Assembly (NCBI GenBank): GCA_030265395.1
Contig: JARFYF010000059.1
Coordinates: 8,260,895-8,324,894, forward strand
DNA length: 64,000 nt
Source of the DNA: Rhina ancylostomus
Lineage: Eukaryota
Direction of reading: 5' to 3'
Shown: positions 1-13,137 of the stretch, piece after piece
Position numbering within the stretch: position 1 is the first letter of the stretch
How the letters are laid out: every line of letters begins with the position of its first letter
Notes under the pieces: model-generated
Told to the model about the DNA's origin: nothing
What the model saw: the letters and a program-made list of their open reading frames with translations, nothing else
Databases searched by the model: none
Program-made: the position numbers and the translations under genes

Positions 1-120
1 TCCAGTCCAGATGAAGGGTCTCAACCCAATATATCAACTATTTCCCTCCACAGGTGCTGCCTGACCCACTGAGTCCCTCCAGCTTTTTGTGTGTTGCTCC
101 AGATTCTTTTTGTTGTCTCC
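1..120 (+). mobile_element. Penelope-like element terminal repeat fragment with decayed hammerhead motif
   Basis: CAGTC-CAGATGA-AGGGTCTCAACCC... followed by the family tail (gctgcctgacccactgagt..ctccagc) seen in many other copies in the window. Confidence 0.7.
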
Positions 121-1126
121 TTCCACCTCATCAGCCTCCATGTTGAATGAATCATTCTCTCGGAGAGAGGGGAGGAGGGGAGTGCAGGTATACAAGGTGG
201 AATGGATGCAATTGAGGGGCTGAAAACTATGGTGGAGGGAGATCTGCTGTTGAGGAAAAAGGCACATCAGGTGCACTGGCCGAGTATGTGACATTGTCAG
301 AACTAACAGAATGGAGAAACTGGAAGCATGGAAAAAGTCTGATGTCAGAGGCTGAAGGTATCCAGCAGACACTGGCTGAAGACCCACATCCAGAAAACAA
401 AATAGAAATCAAGAATGATTTATATGAAAGTAAAGAAAGGGTTGAAATTGGAAGCAAGTTTAATGGAATTTACCAGTTTGGGTTGTGAGCAAGAAACAGC
501 CTCAATTATTAATACCTCTGAACGAGACGAAAAGGGACCTGGTTAAGCCCAGAATAAAGAATGTTCCTCATCTCTCGCAGCAAACCAGGCCTAGTTAGCA
601 CCCTTACAGATCTCCATGGTAACAGCTTCCAGCTAGAGGAAGTGAGGGCCCTCTGCTTCCTCCAACAGAGGAGAAAACAGTCCCCCTCCATCACTCTCCT
701 CCACCAGCTGGCTCAACTTCTTCCTTTGACTCCGTTCACTTCCCTTAAAACATGGACACAAAATACAAGAGTGAGTTTGATCAGCTTATCAAAGTCCTTG
801 AAGGTAATGTAATGACATTGGACACGTTTCAAAACCCTATTTGCTTTTGTGGTATTGTCGATGTTTCTGTTTCTATACTGAAGTTTCACCAGATTCTTCC
901 TAGTTGTTTCTAATTGCTGACATTACACAATGGCATTTGGGACATAACGTTACTGCATCATTAGGCTAACTCAACGCCTATTATATGATTCAATGTGTCA
1001 AATCAAGCTGGTGATTAGGAAAGGAACAGCCAGTATTCAGCCACAAGCAGGTAGGTACATCTCAGGCTTAAGTGACCGTTGCCATCGTTCTCTGAGGAGC
1101 TGAGTGAGTGACAGCTGGCAGCTGGG

Positions 1127-1211
1127 ATTCCCCATTACAGTGGGGAATGCGCCTTCTGATCCCATGCCAGCCAGACTTGGCATGGGATCAGAATTCCCAT
1201 TAACTGGAAAT
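1127..1211. repeat. Cluster of inverted repeats (perfect 16-bp and 8-bp stems)
   Basis: TTCTGATCCCATGCCA (1154-1169) pairs with 1178-1193; ATTCCCCA (1127-1134) pairs with 1141-1148. Confidence 0.8.
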
Positions 1212-1799
1212 TGGAAGGAAAAGGTGGGTTGTTTATTTCTTTCATTTACTTTGATTTTAATATCCTAGTATTTTACTGTACTTTAATAATTTTTATATTT
1301 ATTTAGAAAGTATAATTAACATATATTGAACTATTTAAAACAACTTGAATACGTTTTAAATGTCTCTGGATATAGGAAGCATTTCAAAACTCCTGCAGAA
1401 TGTCGCAGAATCTGACAGAATATGAGACTCTGCCATCGCCTGCTGTTAAAATCTTAGTTTATATATTGATTCCATGCATGGAAACAGAGATTGGAATTAA
1501 GATCCATGAACTGCTTCCTCGGTGATAAGGATTACATAAGTGCAGAATTTCCAGTGGAAGGTTAAACGTTAGCTGTAGGAAGGCATGTTGTTACACTGCA
1601 AGTCTAACGATACTTTACCACTACAAAGGTGGGAGATATTTCTCCTATAGGCAGTAACCACAAAGTTCTTGAAATGTAGTGGTTGCTACTTATTTGACAG
1701 GCAAAGCCTAAAGCTTTCTGTTTTCTTAATTTATCTTAGAAATTGAGCAAGAAAGTCCTTACCAACAATAACCTCAATAACTGTGGCAAAATCCCCATT

Positions 1800-3200
1800 G
1801 TTTCACCAATGCCCTTCAGGGGAGTCAATCTGCCATCCTACCCAAGCCTGTTATATACGCACCTCCAGACCTGCAGTGATGTGGCTGACTGAACTGCTTT
1901 CTGAAGTTTCCTAGCAAGCCACCCAGTTATACCATAACCACTATTTTGAAATGGAAAAAGGATGAAACTGGGCAGACCACCAGCAATGACCTTGGCACTG
2001 AATTCAGACATGGCAAAGTCACTCCCAGCCCTGTCAATGTTGCAAAGTCCTCCTCACCAATTTCTGGGTTCAGTGGTCAGAGGTGTCCCACAGACCAGCC
2101 GAGCAGCAGCCTGACATAGTCACATTCACAGAATCAACCCTCAGAGGTGACATGCCAGACTGCTGCATCACAGTCCCTGTACTACCAGAGGAGGTAGTGC
2201 GGTGGTAGAACAAGGGTCCTCACTGTTGGCTTCAGACTCCGTGAAATCCAATGGTAAGCAGCTGAAACATGGAGAAGGAATCCTCCTGATTGCCACCTTG
2301 TGTCTCCCTCAGCGGGTGAGTCACAGCCTTGAAGTATTGTAAGTAACAAGTGCAAAAATATCCTCTAGGTAAGGAATCAATGTCCCATCATCAAGGAAGG
2401 CTGGATAGCATCATCTGAAGGACGAAGGTGCCAGACTGGACCTGAGGAGATGGTGAACCAACAAGGAATAAATCTACTTCACCTTGTCCTCAGCAATCTG
2501 CCTGTTGCAGATATGAAAGCCTTGGTAGAAAAATGATCCCACCACACAGTTCTAAGGAGACCAGATCCCACCATCACCATCAGAATACCTGCCATTGTAT
2601 TGTGTGCCATTACGATCATGCTAATTGGGATAGACTCAGACCAGATCTGGCCACTCTGGGCATTCCTGAGGGGTCTGGACCACCTGCAGCAGAATAAGTG
2701 ACATCACCACAATCTGTAACCTCATGGCCTGACATATCCCTCATTCTACCATTACTATCAAGTCAAGATCATAGTGCAATGGGGCAAGCTGGAAGCAATA
2801 TCAGGTGTTCCTGCAAATGGCGAGGTGGGGAGGTGCCAACCTAGTGGAGCTGCAGCACTGAACTACATGTATGCTATACAGCAGAAGTGTGTGCAATACA
2901 TAAAGACCACAACCAATGGGTCAAATCAAAGCTCTGCAGTGCTGTCACATCTAGCTGTGATGGGCAATGAAAGAGGTAACAGGAAGAAAGCAAGAGGCCC
3001 CGAGAGCATCATCGCTTTCATTAGGGAATGTGGTTGTTGATGCCAAGACAAACATTCTCAACCACGTTCAGCCAGAAGTGCCCTGGATTATCCAATTCAA
3101 TCTCACACAGAGGCCCCACCAACACAGAAGTCAGTCTTCAACCACTCAATTTATTCCACGTGATATTACTGTGCTGAAAGTGTTGGATACCTTTGGGACC
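1800..3200 (+). mobile_element. Degenerate LINE (CR1/L2-group), 5' region with AP-endonuclease remnants
   Basis: KVLLTNFW and QQPDIVTFTES-like codons at about 2045-2135; homologous to the reverse copy at 27.3-28.2 kb; many frameshifts. Confidence 0.6.
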
Positions 3201-3329
3201 AGGCAACACCTCACAAGGGCACTCCACAACCAACAACAAGTTGCTCTTCTCACAAGCTGAACATTACATTCAGGCAATTAAATAAATATGACTTTCTTTC
3301 AAAGATGCTAGTCTCACTAAAGATAACAA

Positions 3330-3500
3330 CTGAACCCTCAAATTGTTGTTAAAAACACATCTGGTTTGTTCATCCTTTTTCAGAAAAAATTCTACTGTCC
3401 TTACCTGTCCAGCCTACATGTGACTCCACATCAACCCATGTGGTTGATTCTCAACTGCCTCCTTTTCAGGGCAATTAAGTATGGCCAAGAAATGCTGGTG
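3330..3500 (+). mobile_element. SINE-like fragment sharing a conserved block with the LINE 5' region at 1810-1900 and a LINE-type tail
   Basis: ctgtccttacctgtccagcctacatgtgactcc...tgtggttgattctcaactgcc resembles 1830-1897; tail cagggcaatta...aaatgctgg resembles 34920-34950. Confidence 0.5.
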
Positions 3501-5659
3501 TAATTAGTGATATACATTTGCATGGATCTTAATTCCAATCTGTGTTTATGCAGTAAACTACTTGATAAAGGTTTATTAACGCCTGTTGTAGTTTTGCAGT
3601 TTGACTTTCTCCCAATTCCTTTTGTTTGTGTTCACAGTATTTGGGTTTCCAGTATCCACATCTGTAGTTATCTCAAAATTCCAGTCGTGGACACAGCATG
3701 AAAATAAGGAGCACACTTCCCATCACCTAGTCCTACTCTTTCTGGTAAGTGGAAAATCACCACTCCATCAGTCAGTTTCCTTTTGTTTAAAATGTTATTT
3801 ATATGTTTGAATCAAAGTTACACAAAAGAAAAATAATGCAGTAGGGAATTAGCAAATATCAAAGGATTTTACTGCTTTGCAGAATTCTTGCAGACTCAGT
3901 CCTCATGCAAAGAAACACCAGAATATCCAGTTTGGTTATTTTATGGTGGAGTGAAACATGATCCTGCTGACTGCACTGAGCCCAGCGTGGCCTAGCATTA
4001 ACCAATACCAAACTGGGGAAAAGAACTAACAGCCAGATCAACAGACCTCAACATTCAGAATTGTCAGTAAACCCAGATTACAGACAAACATTGGCTCACA
4101 ACTTGTCTTAAACTCGTGCACCCAAGGATTGCCTAAATGGGTGATAATCAGATGAGCCCTGGGGTGAGTTCTATGCATCCTGTCTGATTTGGAAATACAG
4201 GCTGTCCCTGGGTTACAAACAGCTGTTGTATGGGCACCCTGACATATGAACAAACTCCCATATTTCTATTAAATTCTAAAGTCTGATGCCTGTACAAACC
4301 TTTGCTCCTATGAACGGCAGAACTAGTTTCCCCTCTCTCCCCACTTTTATATATTGCTCTCCTATCACACATGTGGTTTTGATGCCATTCATTACAATAC
4401 AGTGGAGGTTTGGCATAATATGGAGTGATTTTTGTGTATTTTCTGACTTGCAGACAAAACCAACTTATTGATATCTGTGAAAACAGAACATGTCTGTTAC
4501 CTGGGGACAGTCTGAGTGTGTTCCAGGCTACATCCTGCAGCATTCATCGCTTTCTGACTGAGCGGCATCTGGGAAAGCTCACTGGCAAGATTACAATCTT
4601 GCATCTTGGTTTTTCGTTACTAGATTTTAAATATTAAGCAACTATAGCTTACTATCCTAATCAAGTATTACATCAAATTATTTTAGATTGGGTGATCAAA
4701 TACAGTACATTTCAAATTGATTAAATAATGGAAAGATTCACTATACGTAATTTAATCTTTATGTAATTGGTCTCATTATTTTATCCACATCGAATTAACC
4801 TGTGGGTGAATACATTTTAAAATTAATATACAACCATTAAGATACAACCATTTTAAAATTAATTAAATGCATCACTTGCTTCATAATTATTATTCATTTG
4901 CCAATTTAAAAACATGGACCCTAGAAATTCAAAGAAAATGAACAATATCAGATTTGGCTTGGGACTGTCTAATAACTATCAAGGGACCTTCAAAACAGAT
5001 AGGCTATGGAAGCTCAAGCATTATAGATGGAAATCCACCTGTCCTTGTAGATGTAGTACTATTTGTATCCTTCCNNNNNNNNNNGCCACCACAACTCCAC
5101 TGTTAAAGAACTGAGGGAGATCCCTTCGGTCAGCAAGGGGAGAAGTTGAGAAATTTCAACCCCTCAAGACAATGAGACAGACTGCATAAACATATGGCCC
5201 AATGGACACATCCAGCTGGCGAGAGGTTTCTTTCTAGTCCTCACTTGAATCTCCAACGTGGCTGGAAGATACAGGAGGATAATTGGTCCAACTGGTCTCT
5301 CAGTGAGAGATTTACTCCTGTTCAACTATGGTACACTGAATTGGTTTTGTTAGTTGAACTCCAGTCCAGTTGGTGTCTCCAATTCAAATATCAATCCATG
5401 GAAACTCACCGGATTACATTCAAAATTGTTGGAAATAATCAGCACATCAGGCAGGATCAGTGGAGGGGTAAAAACAACAGTTGGTGTTGAAGGACTATGA
5501 CATCTGCAGTACTTTGCTTGTTTGGGGGAACTAGATGTTCAGAATATAAGGCCAACAGAAATTCTAATTTTTTCAGTGGCTCAATGTGGTAATTACTCTT
5601 AGACAGTATGGTGGTTTCTTCATACTTAGTTGCTTGGCTGGCCAAATTGAACATCTCTA

Positions 5660-5766
5660 CATCAATGCACTTTGTACTAACTCAATGCAACTGCACTGTG
5701 CGATCAGTTTGTAAGACAAGTTTTTCACTGTGCCTTGGTACAAGTGACAATTATAAACCAATACCA
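5660..5766 (+). mobile_element. Rex1/Babar-type LINE 3' tail fragment
   Basis: agacaagtttttcactgtgccttggtacaagtgacaattataaaccaatac is nearly identical to the tail at 22135-22188. Confidence 0.65.
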
Positions 5767-7458
5767 AAAGCATTTTCTTATGGGATCTTTGAAAATATTA
5801 AACAAAATCTGAAACATTTCACATTAACCTATTTTGAAACATTTCATAAAATCTGGAGGCTTTACCTGTTAATCTATTCCACTTTACATAAAGAGTCTGA
5901 TGATAAGAAATAGTGTTTACTTTAGAGGTTCTGTAGGCAATAGAAAATGTATTTTAAAAACCACAAATTTATAATCACAAATATATGAAATATTTTTGTA
6001 GGAAAGGAAATTAATCCAATTTCAAATGATGACTGCTGTGATTACCTAATAATGGAAAAACAGATATTGGTGGCTATTTACAATTAATTTATCAAGGAGA
6101 AAAGTGCAGAAGGAAGTAGTAAACACTATCAACCTGTTAAAAAAATTTGTAAAGACAGTGTAAACTTTAAAATCCATGAGATAGTGATTTTAATCGCTCA
6201 TTGTTTCAACAGAACTGTTACTGGTTTCAAGTAAATTACATGTTAAAACACTGCTCATAGCTCACTGCATTATTTGCTTCTCATTGTTTGGTAGCTATCT
6301 GAAAATAAACTAGTCTGTTAATTTTTAGAATTTGTTTTCATGTATGTGACTAAAAAGAGTCTGGTCACATCTGGTTAAAATAAAATGTTTCATGAGTCAC
6401 CCTCAGAGGTGACTTTGTTTGCCAGAATGATCCTCCCTGCCAAATATTTGTGCTCAAGAAGATAGTTGTTACTCTAAAAGCAAGATCTTTTTAATTTGCT
6501 CATCATCCCCACTGTAGTAAATCCATGCTTATCCCAAACTGGTAATCTTTTCCAGGGTCAGCATGTGTCTCCAGAGGACTAGTTCCTGGGACTTAATAGA
6601 TTTTATTTAGAATGTATAGGGGGTCTACCCTAACTACTTAATGCTAGTGATCATGCTGTACAAGACATTTCTTCCCCTTCTTCATCTACACCCCAGCATT
6701 TCTATTCCTTTTGCCCTTGTATACTATCCAGCATCATTTTAGATGATCCATATCTACCTCAACAGTTCCAAGTGTTCCACACTCTAAAACCTTCTAGGTG
6801 GGTGCCTCCATCAATGTGGAGTGGGCATTTGTTGGGCTGGTGCAAACTGCTCTGAGGGTTGGATCGGGACAAATATCAGGGTTGCACTTCATCCAGCCCC
6901 AGAGGGTGAGGGCAAAAACCTGCTCCACATCCTGCCATCCTTCTCTCTCTCCCCAGTCTTTACTTAGTAGTTGACGGCAGCTGAAGAAGAGCTGGTTCTC
7001 AACAGGAGCCACAACACCTTTGCTGGCAAGTTTAATGTTTTTTAAGATGTAAAAAGGTGTTCGTGCAGTCGTAGCTGTTTTGCCCACAGGAAACAAACAT
7101 GGCTCCTGATTTCTGAAAATTACAATGATTAAGAAAAATGTAGTATTACCTTTCTGAACGTTTGTCTGTTCTGCCTGCAACTCAACAGCAACTTTTCTTT
7201 AAGTTCATTCTGCAAATTAAGTGGAGCCTGGAAAAGATCCCCCCCATGCACCCGCATCAATGAAAATTCCTGGCAATAATATTGTCTTGTTGAACTTACT
7301 TTTTCCACTTGTCTCTTTAATATCATCCAGTTTTCAGAACTTCTATGAGACAGAGTAACCCTGAGTTTATAATTCCCTGTCACTTTAATTCTCCATCGTA
7401 ATGCCACCCTGACCTCTGGGTGTTTGGCCTCTTACATTGCTCTCAGGAGGCTTCACAT

Positions 7459-8700
7459 AAGCTTGAAGAACACAATCTCATTTTCAACTTGTCACATTAA
7501 AGCTTTCTGGGCACATCATCAGATTTAACGGTTTTGTATAATCAATCAATTCAGCTTTATATCTGACTTTTAACAACGTTTGTTTCTTTCTCCCTTACTC
7601 CAGTATTTCAGATTTCATTCAGGGTCCTATTTCAACTTGCTCCATACTTGCCTTCACCACCACCTCAGCTGGCATCACCGCCACCACTTGCATCATTCAA
7701 TCACTTCCAGTCTCCACCCCATCAGAAACCTTTCCTTTTCATGCTTTTGTTACGAACCAGCAACAAAAGAAACACACCGAGTCATGTATCGGTGTTAAAA
7801 ACTATGTTGTTAATAACTACTTATGATAATAAGAAAAATAAAAGTAAAAATGTTAGAATGTTAGAAGTAAAAATGCTAAATTTTAAACATTAACCCCAAA
7901 AATTAAACTCAAAGTGTGTGTGTGGCAAATTCCCAAACCAAGTCCAGGAAAAGTTTTCAGAGTTCAGTTCAGCAAACCCTAAGGAGAAACGTGAGCAAAG
8001 GCTTCTTCAACAACCACCATTGACTGAAGACAAAATGTAGAGAGAAAATAGAGAGTAATTACAAAATCCAAATGTTCCACGATGGAACCCAAATGACACC
8101 TCAGTGTCCACTCAGCAGTGACTACTCCAACGCATCTGCCTCACCCTGAAAGGCACTCGAATTGTGGCTGTCCACAGAAATACCTGTTTCCTTCTACAGG
8201 TCAACAACAAAGTGAACTCCACCACTTTGTTCCTAGGTATCTGCCACCCCGAAAGGCATCTGAGACATAGCCGTCCACACAAATATCTGTTTCCCTCTAC
8301 AGGTTGACGACAAAGAGAACTCCACTGGATTACTCCAAAAATCCGTATGTGGATTGTAGTGACAGTTACTGTTTTTCATCCTTCGATAGAGACCAGCAAG
8401 CTGCTGTCTCTCTCTTCTGACTTCGTCTGACTTCTCCAAAAACATCATTATGTCCTTTATCTTCTGTTGATGGAACCACGCCACACACACTACTCTGCTA
8501 TGTCTTAAAGGAACATTCCCCAATAGTAACCTAATCTGTAACACTTTGCCCTGCAATTTAAATGTTTTATTTATAACTTACCCATTTCTTATGTAAAAAT
8601 CGCTGAGCTGAAGTGGTGGCTACTTTTCTTTCCAGAGATGCTACCTAACCTGTTGTGAAATTTCAACATTGTGTTTTTAATGTTAGATTTCCAGTTTCTT
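7459..8700 (+). mobile_element. Penelope-like element 3' remnant interrupted by a solo LTR
   Basis: KLEEHNLIF-like GIY-YIG C-terminal codons from 7459; family tail (agagatgctacctaacctgttg...agatttccag) at about 8630-8695. Confidence 0.55.
7748..8543 (-). mobile_element. Solo LTR (796 bp) of an LTR retrotransposon/ERV
   Basis: Termini TGTTAC...GTAACA (6-bp inverted, TG..CA); 4-bp TSD CTTT at 7744-7747 and 8544-8547; internal roughly 103-bp tandem duplication at about 8135-8330. Orientation inferred from a U5-like end near 7750-7830. Confidence 0.85.
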
Positions 8701-11700
8701 TAAAATCTGGATTTCCATTCACAATCTCTTCAAGTCACTGCTTTCACTCCCAAGGTGTCCCGCTTTCCTAGTCATAATGCAGCAGCTTTGGTATTGACCT
8801 TGTTAAAATATTTGTGTTTTCAGCAGTACTTCCATTTCACTGCATGGGACTCCAAATGTCTGACATTAATCTCCATGCTTTTACATTCTATTACTTTGCA
8901 CCGATGTAATAGTAATGTCGTTGTACCCAATGTGAAGAATCTGATTTTCTCCAACACTTTTTTTTATTTTAAAGGTCTATCATATGGAAATCATCTTTGA
9001 ATGAGATTATCCTCGCACTGACTGGATTATCAACCTAGTGTATTTTATCTAGATCTACTTGACCCCCATGTATTGAGAATGGTACTTTTAATAATTGGAC
9101 ATTTGTAGCAAATTAGAACTATCATTTTATGCACTATTTTTAGAAGACATCTTCCTGATGCCTACAAACAGGTCCTACATGTATTGGTCCAAGAGACTGC
9201 CATTAGAAGTAAATTTCTTTCCTTCTCCAATGAAAAGCATTCAATTTAGCAAGGTTCATACTGGCATCTTTTTAGACTTTTTTTTTCCCCAGTGTCAAGT
9301 TTGGAAGAGCATTTACACAAGTGACATAGGGAGAAAAATGTATTCAATTACAATAGTTGATTTTAAACTGTTAGTCTGTGCTTGCTGGGATTTACTGTTC
9401 CAAGAATGTTATACATTTATCAGCTCCACCTATGATTAATTACTTTTGCTGCTTTAAACTGATTGGGAGTGCAAATTCTTTTTCATTACTCCAAATACAT
9501 AGATCTTTTATAGATTGCACTTGAACAATTTGGAATAACACAATTAAAATACTTTTCCTATCTCCATAATATACAACTATTCTTATTCCTGCATTTTAAA
9601 TGCTTTTTAGATTTGTACATCCAATGAATATGTAAGAAATAATGCTGACATTATTCAATATTTCCTGGTCTCCACATTCATCAGTTGAGAAAGGGAGCAC
9701 TAAAATTTGTGTACAGTCTTTCAAAAACACAAACCCTACCCCAGTGATTTACCAGAATGCACAGGATTAATAGTTCCCATGAGATAATCTGAAATAATGC
9801 AACATACAGCAAGAATGTGAACAGTACTTCCAAAAACTGGGGAAACTCTAATACTTAAAATAGGTGAGAGATACGTTTTGATCTACCTATAAACAAAAAG
9901 TGATAATAGATAAGTGGCAGGTGCTCCTAGAAGAACCCTGGGTCTTTTGGCATTTATGCAAACACAAGTTTTGGTTGGAATGGGGATGGGAAGAATCCCT
10001 GAACAGTCCAGCCATGTTCCCTCATACTAAATGAGAAAAATATAGAGTGAAGTTTCTTTTTAAGACTTGCTGAAACATTTATTTTAGCAGCACTAGAACT
10101 CCAGGCTTCTCTTATTGGAACCTGCCAAGTAGTAACTGAATTGAAGGCAAACCTACATTCCACCATTTGAGTACTGCAAGATGGCAGCCAGTGTAACAAA
10201 TGCTGAAAGAGCAGCCTAATTCCTTGTAAAATTGAAGACATACTGACTCAGGGCAACAATGCTTATGAATTGCAAGAAACTGATTATTTAATATGCAGTT
10301 GATTAAATTACAAATGTAAATTTGTAGACAAGATTCTTCAAATAATGACATGCATTATTGTAAATTCTTGTATTCTTTTATAATCGAGTCAGCCCACCTA
10401 AGATGGTAACATTGGTTCTGTAGTATCTCATCATTGCCTCCCCTGGCCCTCCAGCATCAGATTCCAACTGGCTCTTCTATTTTCCAAACTATAGTGAACA
10501 ACATAACTAATGTTATATCAAGCAATATATTTTAAAATGGGTTGAAAGCTCATATCCATTATCGAAACCCAACTCAGGGATTAAGCTCCCAAAGAACCGT
10601 TATGCAGTTGTACAATGGGAGATGCAGTAAACCCTCAACTTTCACAGGTGATACCAGTTGCCAGAAATGATAAAGTCAGCTCATCAATCTTTTCCCCTTA
10701 AGGTTGCAGTAAATTGAAAGCAAACCACACTTACTTTGAAAAGCTGAAACTTAAAAATCCAAATCAAAATCTATTGTCTTTTGTTGCCAGATCGAAGAGT
10801 GCAGGTGCTCAAGAGAGTCCCCTTCCATTTTAAATAGCTTAATTTATTTCATGGACTCTTTTCCATTAACCTGATCAAAAAGTATTAACTGTTACAGGTT
10901 TTCACAGATGCATGTTTGAAAAAGTCTCCAAACATGTTCCCTTTCATTTGTTGCAGCAAACAAAACCTTGTTAAAGAACAAATTGAATTATTGCTGTAGC
11001 AAGTTTTTAGTGAATGTTCACTAATTGGGATGTGGAGTGGGGGAGACCCATAGTCTAGATGGGCAACAGGTGGCAAAATACGGCAGATGCAGAAAATCCA
11101 ATTTACACAAAGGAATTGAGGTAAGAAATTAGACAACATTAACGAAGAGGATTAATGTTTCAGATCAATGACACTGTGTTCTCATAGAAGACAATCCACC
11201 TGAAGCTCTGCTTCTGTTCAGATGCTGCCTGGCTTGCCGGGTGCTTCTAATTCCTTCTGTTTTATCATCACAGATGCACAACTACTTTCAAAAATATTCT
11301 GAACCAAAAACTCTTTTTCGGTGTGCAATTTTAAGAGGATAGCTTAAGGGTAAATGTCATCTGCAGCCAATCTACTGCCAGTTATGTTTAAGGAAGGTAA
11401 TAGTAGACATAATGGACGGAAAACCCTGTTCCAATATTTCTTCCTTCTTTGTCATAAAGAATGTTTATTTTACACTGAAAAGGTGAAGTGATGGAGAACC
11501 AAGAGTTTTGAATTCTGAAACAATTCATGCGAATTTGTGGACAAAAGATTGTTGACAACAATACAATGTACAGTATTTTTACTAAGTGAGACAAGATTAC
11601 AGAAAAAAGCTTAACAAAATGGTGCTGCATGCAAGTACTGTACTTACAAATCTGACACTAATGCAATTATCAAAAGTAAAAGAGTAGCAACATTCAGTAA

Positions 11701-12307
11701 TACACATACCGTGTGTACAGGCCAATTTCTTAAGACTAATCTTCAATACAAATCATACAAGGATTTTGAACAAAGTTAATGAACTTGTAATTCCTGACTT
11801 CAAAAGGGCAAAGACACACCAAAATGCTTCCATTTTCACTCTGTAGTTCTTTCATTTATTTTCATGACTAGGCAGTAATGTCGAAGCTCAATATACTATG
11901 GCACAAATAAACTTTCACATTAGCTCAGGAGGGTTCTCCCCCCACCTCCCCAAAGTGTATGTATCATCTGTACATATCAATTACCTTATTTAAAAGAAAA
12001 CTCCAAGTAATGAATTCTCTAATCATGATTTCCGTTTAATTCAACTCGCATGTTGGTTTGCTCCCCACTTAAANNNNNNNNNNNNNNNNNNNNNNNNNNN
12101 NNNNNNNNNNNNNNNNNNNNNNNNNNNNNNNNNNNNNNNNNNNNNNNNNNNNNNNNNNNNNNNNNNNNNNNNNNNNNNNNNNNNNNNNNNNNNNNNNNNN
12201 NNNNNNNNNNNNNNNNNNNNNNNNNNNNNNNNNNNNNNNNNNNNNNNNNNNNNNNNNNNNNNNNNNNNNNNNNNNNNNNNNNNNNNNNNNNNNNNNNNNN
12301 NNNNNNN

Positions 12308-12613
12308 CGAAGAAGAGCTTTCCAGCTTTGCTCTTGGTACTTTCTCTGCCTCTGTGAATGCCTTGTGGTAGCCTTGGCAGGTCCTTTCATCTTCTTTGGG
12401 GTTGCAGGAGACTTTTTAGGAGACCCACGCCGAGGCTTTTGAGGTGCTGTTGGCTTTTTAGCCAACTTTGCTGATGATGGCCTTGACTTTTTAGCTGTTT
12501 TTTTTGCGGGTACTTTCTTTGACACCATGCTCTTCTTAGCAGTAACAGCTTTCTTCGGTTTGGCAGCTTTTCGTTTCTGCAACTTGGCCTTGGCTCGTGG
12601 AACTGGCTTCTGC
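12308..12613 (-). CDS. HP1BP3: HP1BP3 last coding exon, Lys/Ala/Pro-rich H1-like C-terminal tail (partial; runs into N-gap)
   Basis: CAG acceptor at 12615-12614 in the required phase; QKPVPRAKAKLQKRKAAKPKK...AKKSRPSS...SPKKSPATPKK; no stop before the gap. Confidence 0.88.
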
Positions 12614-13005
12614 CTGTTTCAGATTTTAAATGTGATAGCTTTAATACTGGTAGTCTAGTCAAATGGCTCTATTGACTGCTCAGGGTTACAGTACAACTTT
12701 GAGCTTTTGCATCCACCAAGGAAAGAAAATGTTAAATGGCTCTGACAAAGGACATTAGCTTAAACCAAAAGGTACTATATTGTTACTCTTTCCAGGCATT
12801 GGTTAAGCATATTGAGTAATTGTAGCATTCTATTTTTGTTTCAGTTGCCTAGTTTATTTTACTTCTTACCCGAGTCTTTGTAATTTTTAAATGTTGATGC
12901 TCTTCATACTGTTAGAATTCCCAACTGATTAGTTGGGCAACCTTGTCAATACATTAAAAATGCAGCAACAAGCATTCTCAAAATTATTTAACACTAAACA
13001 CACAC

Positions 13006-13137
13006 CTTTTTTTAGGTGGCTCATCTTCGTCAGATTCTTCTTCTGACTCTGATAACTCATCCTCATCTTCCTCTTCCTCTTCTACCTCAGATTCGTCCTC
13101 TTTCTGATGCTGCTTTTCAGGGAAAAGGACATTTGGA
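13006..13137 (-). CDS. HP1BP3: HP1BP3 coding exon 10, acidic region (PNVLFPEKQHQKEDESEVEEEEEDEDELSESEEESDEDEPPKKR)
   Basis: Resembles human PGVLFPKK...EDEEPPPKRR; 132 nt; TAG acceptor and GTGTGT donor. Confidence 0.94.

Noticed and set aside
8560-12073. Exact 3' end of HP1BP3
   Set aside because: Several minus-strand AATAAA candidates (11855, 11464, 10843, 10078, 8566) and no way to choose among them from sequence alone.
12019-12582. ORF resembling a stand-alone histone H1
   Set aside because: It is the last exon of HP1BP3; its length is inflated by the N-gap and it has no globular domain of its own.
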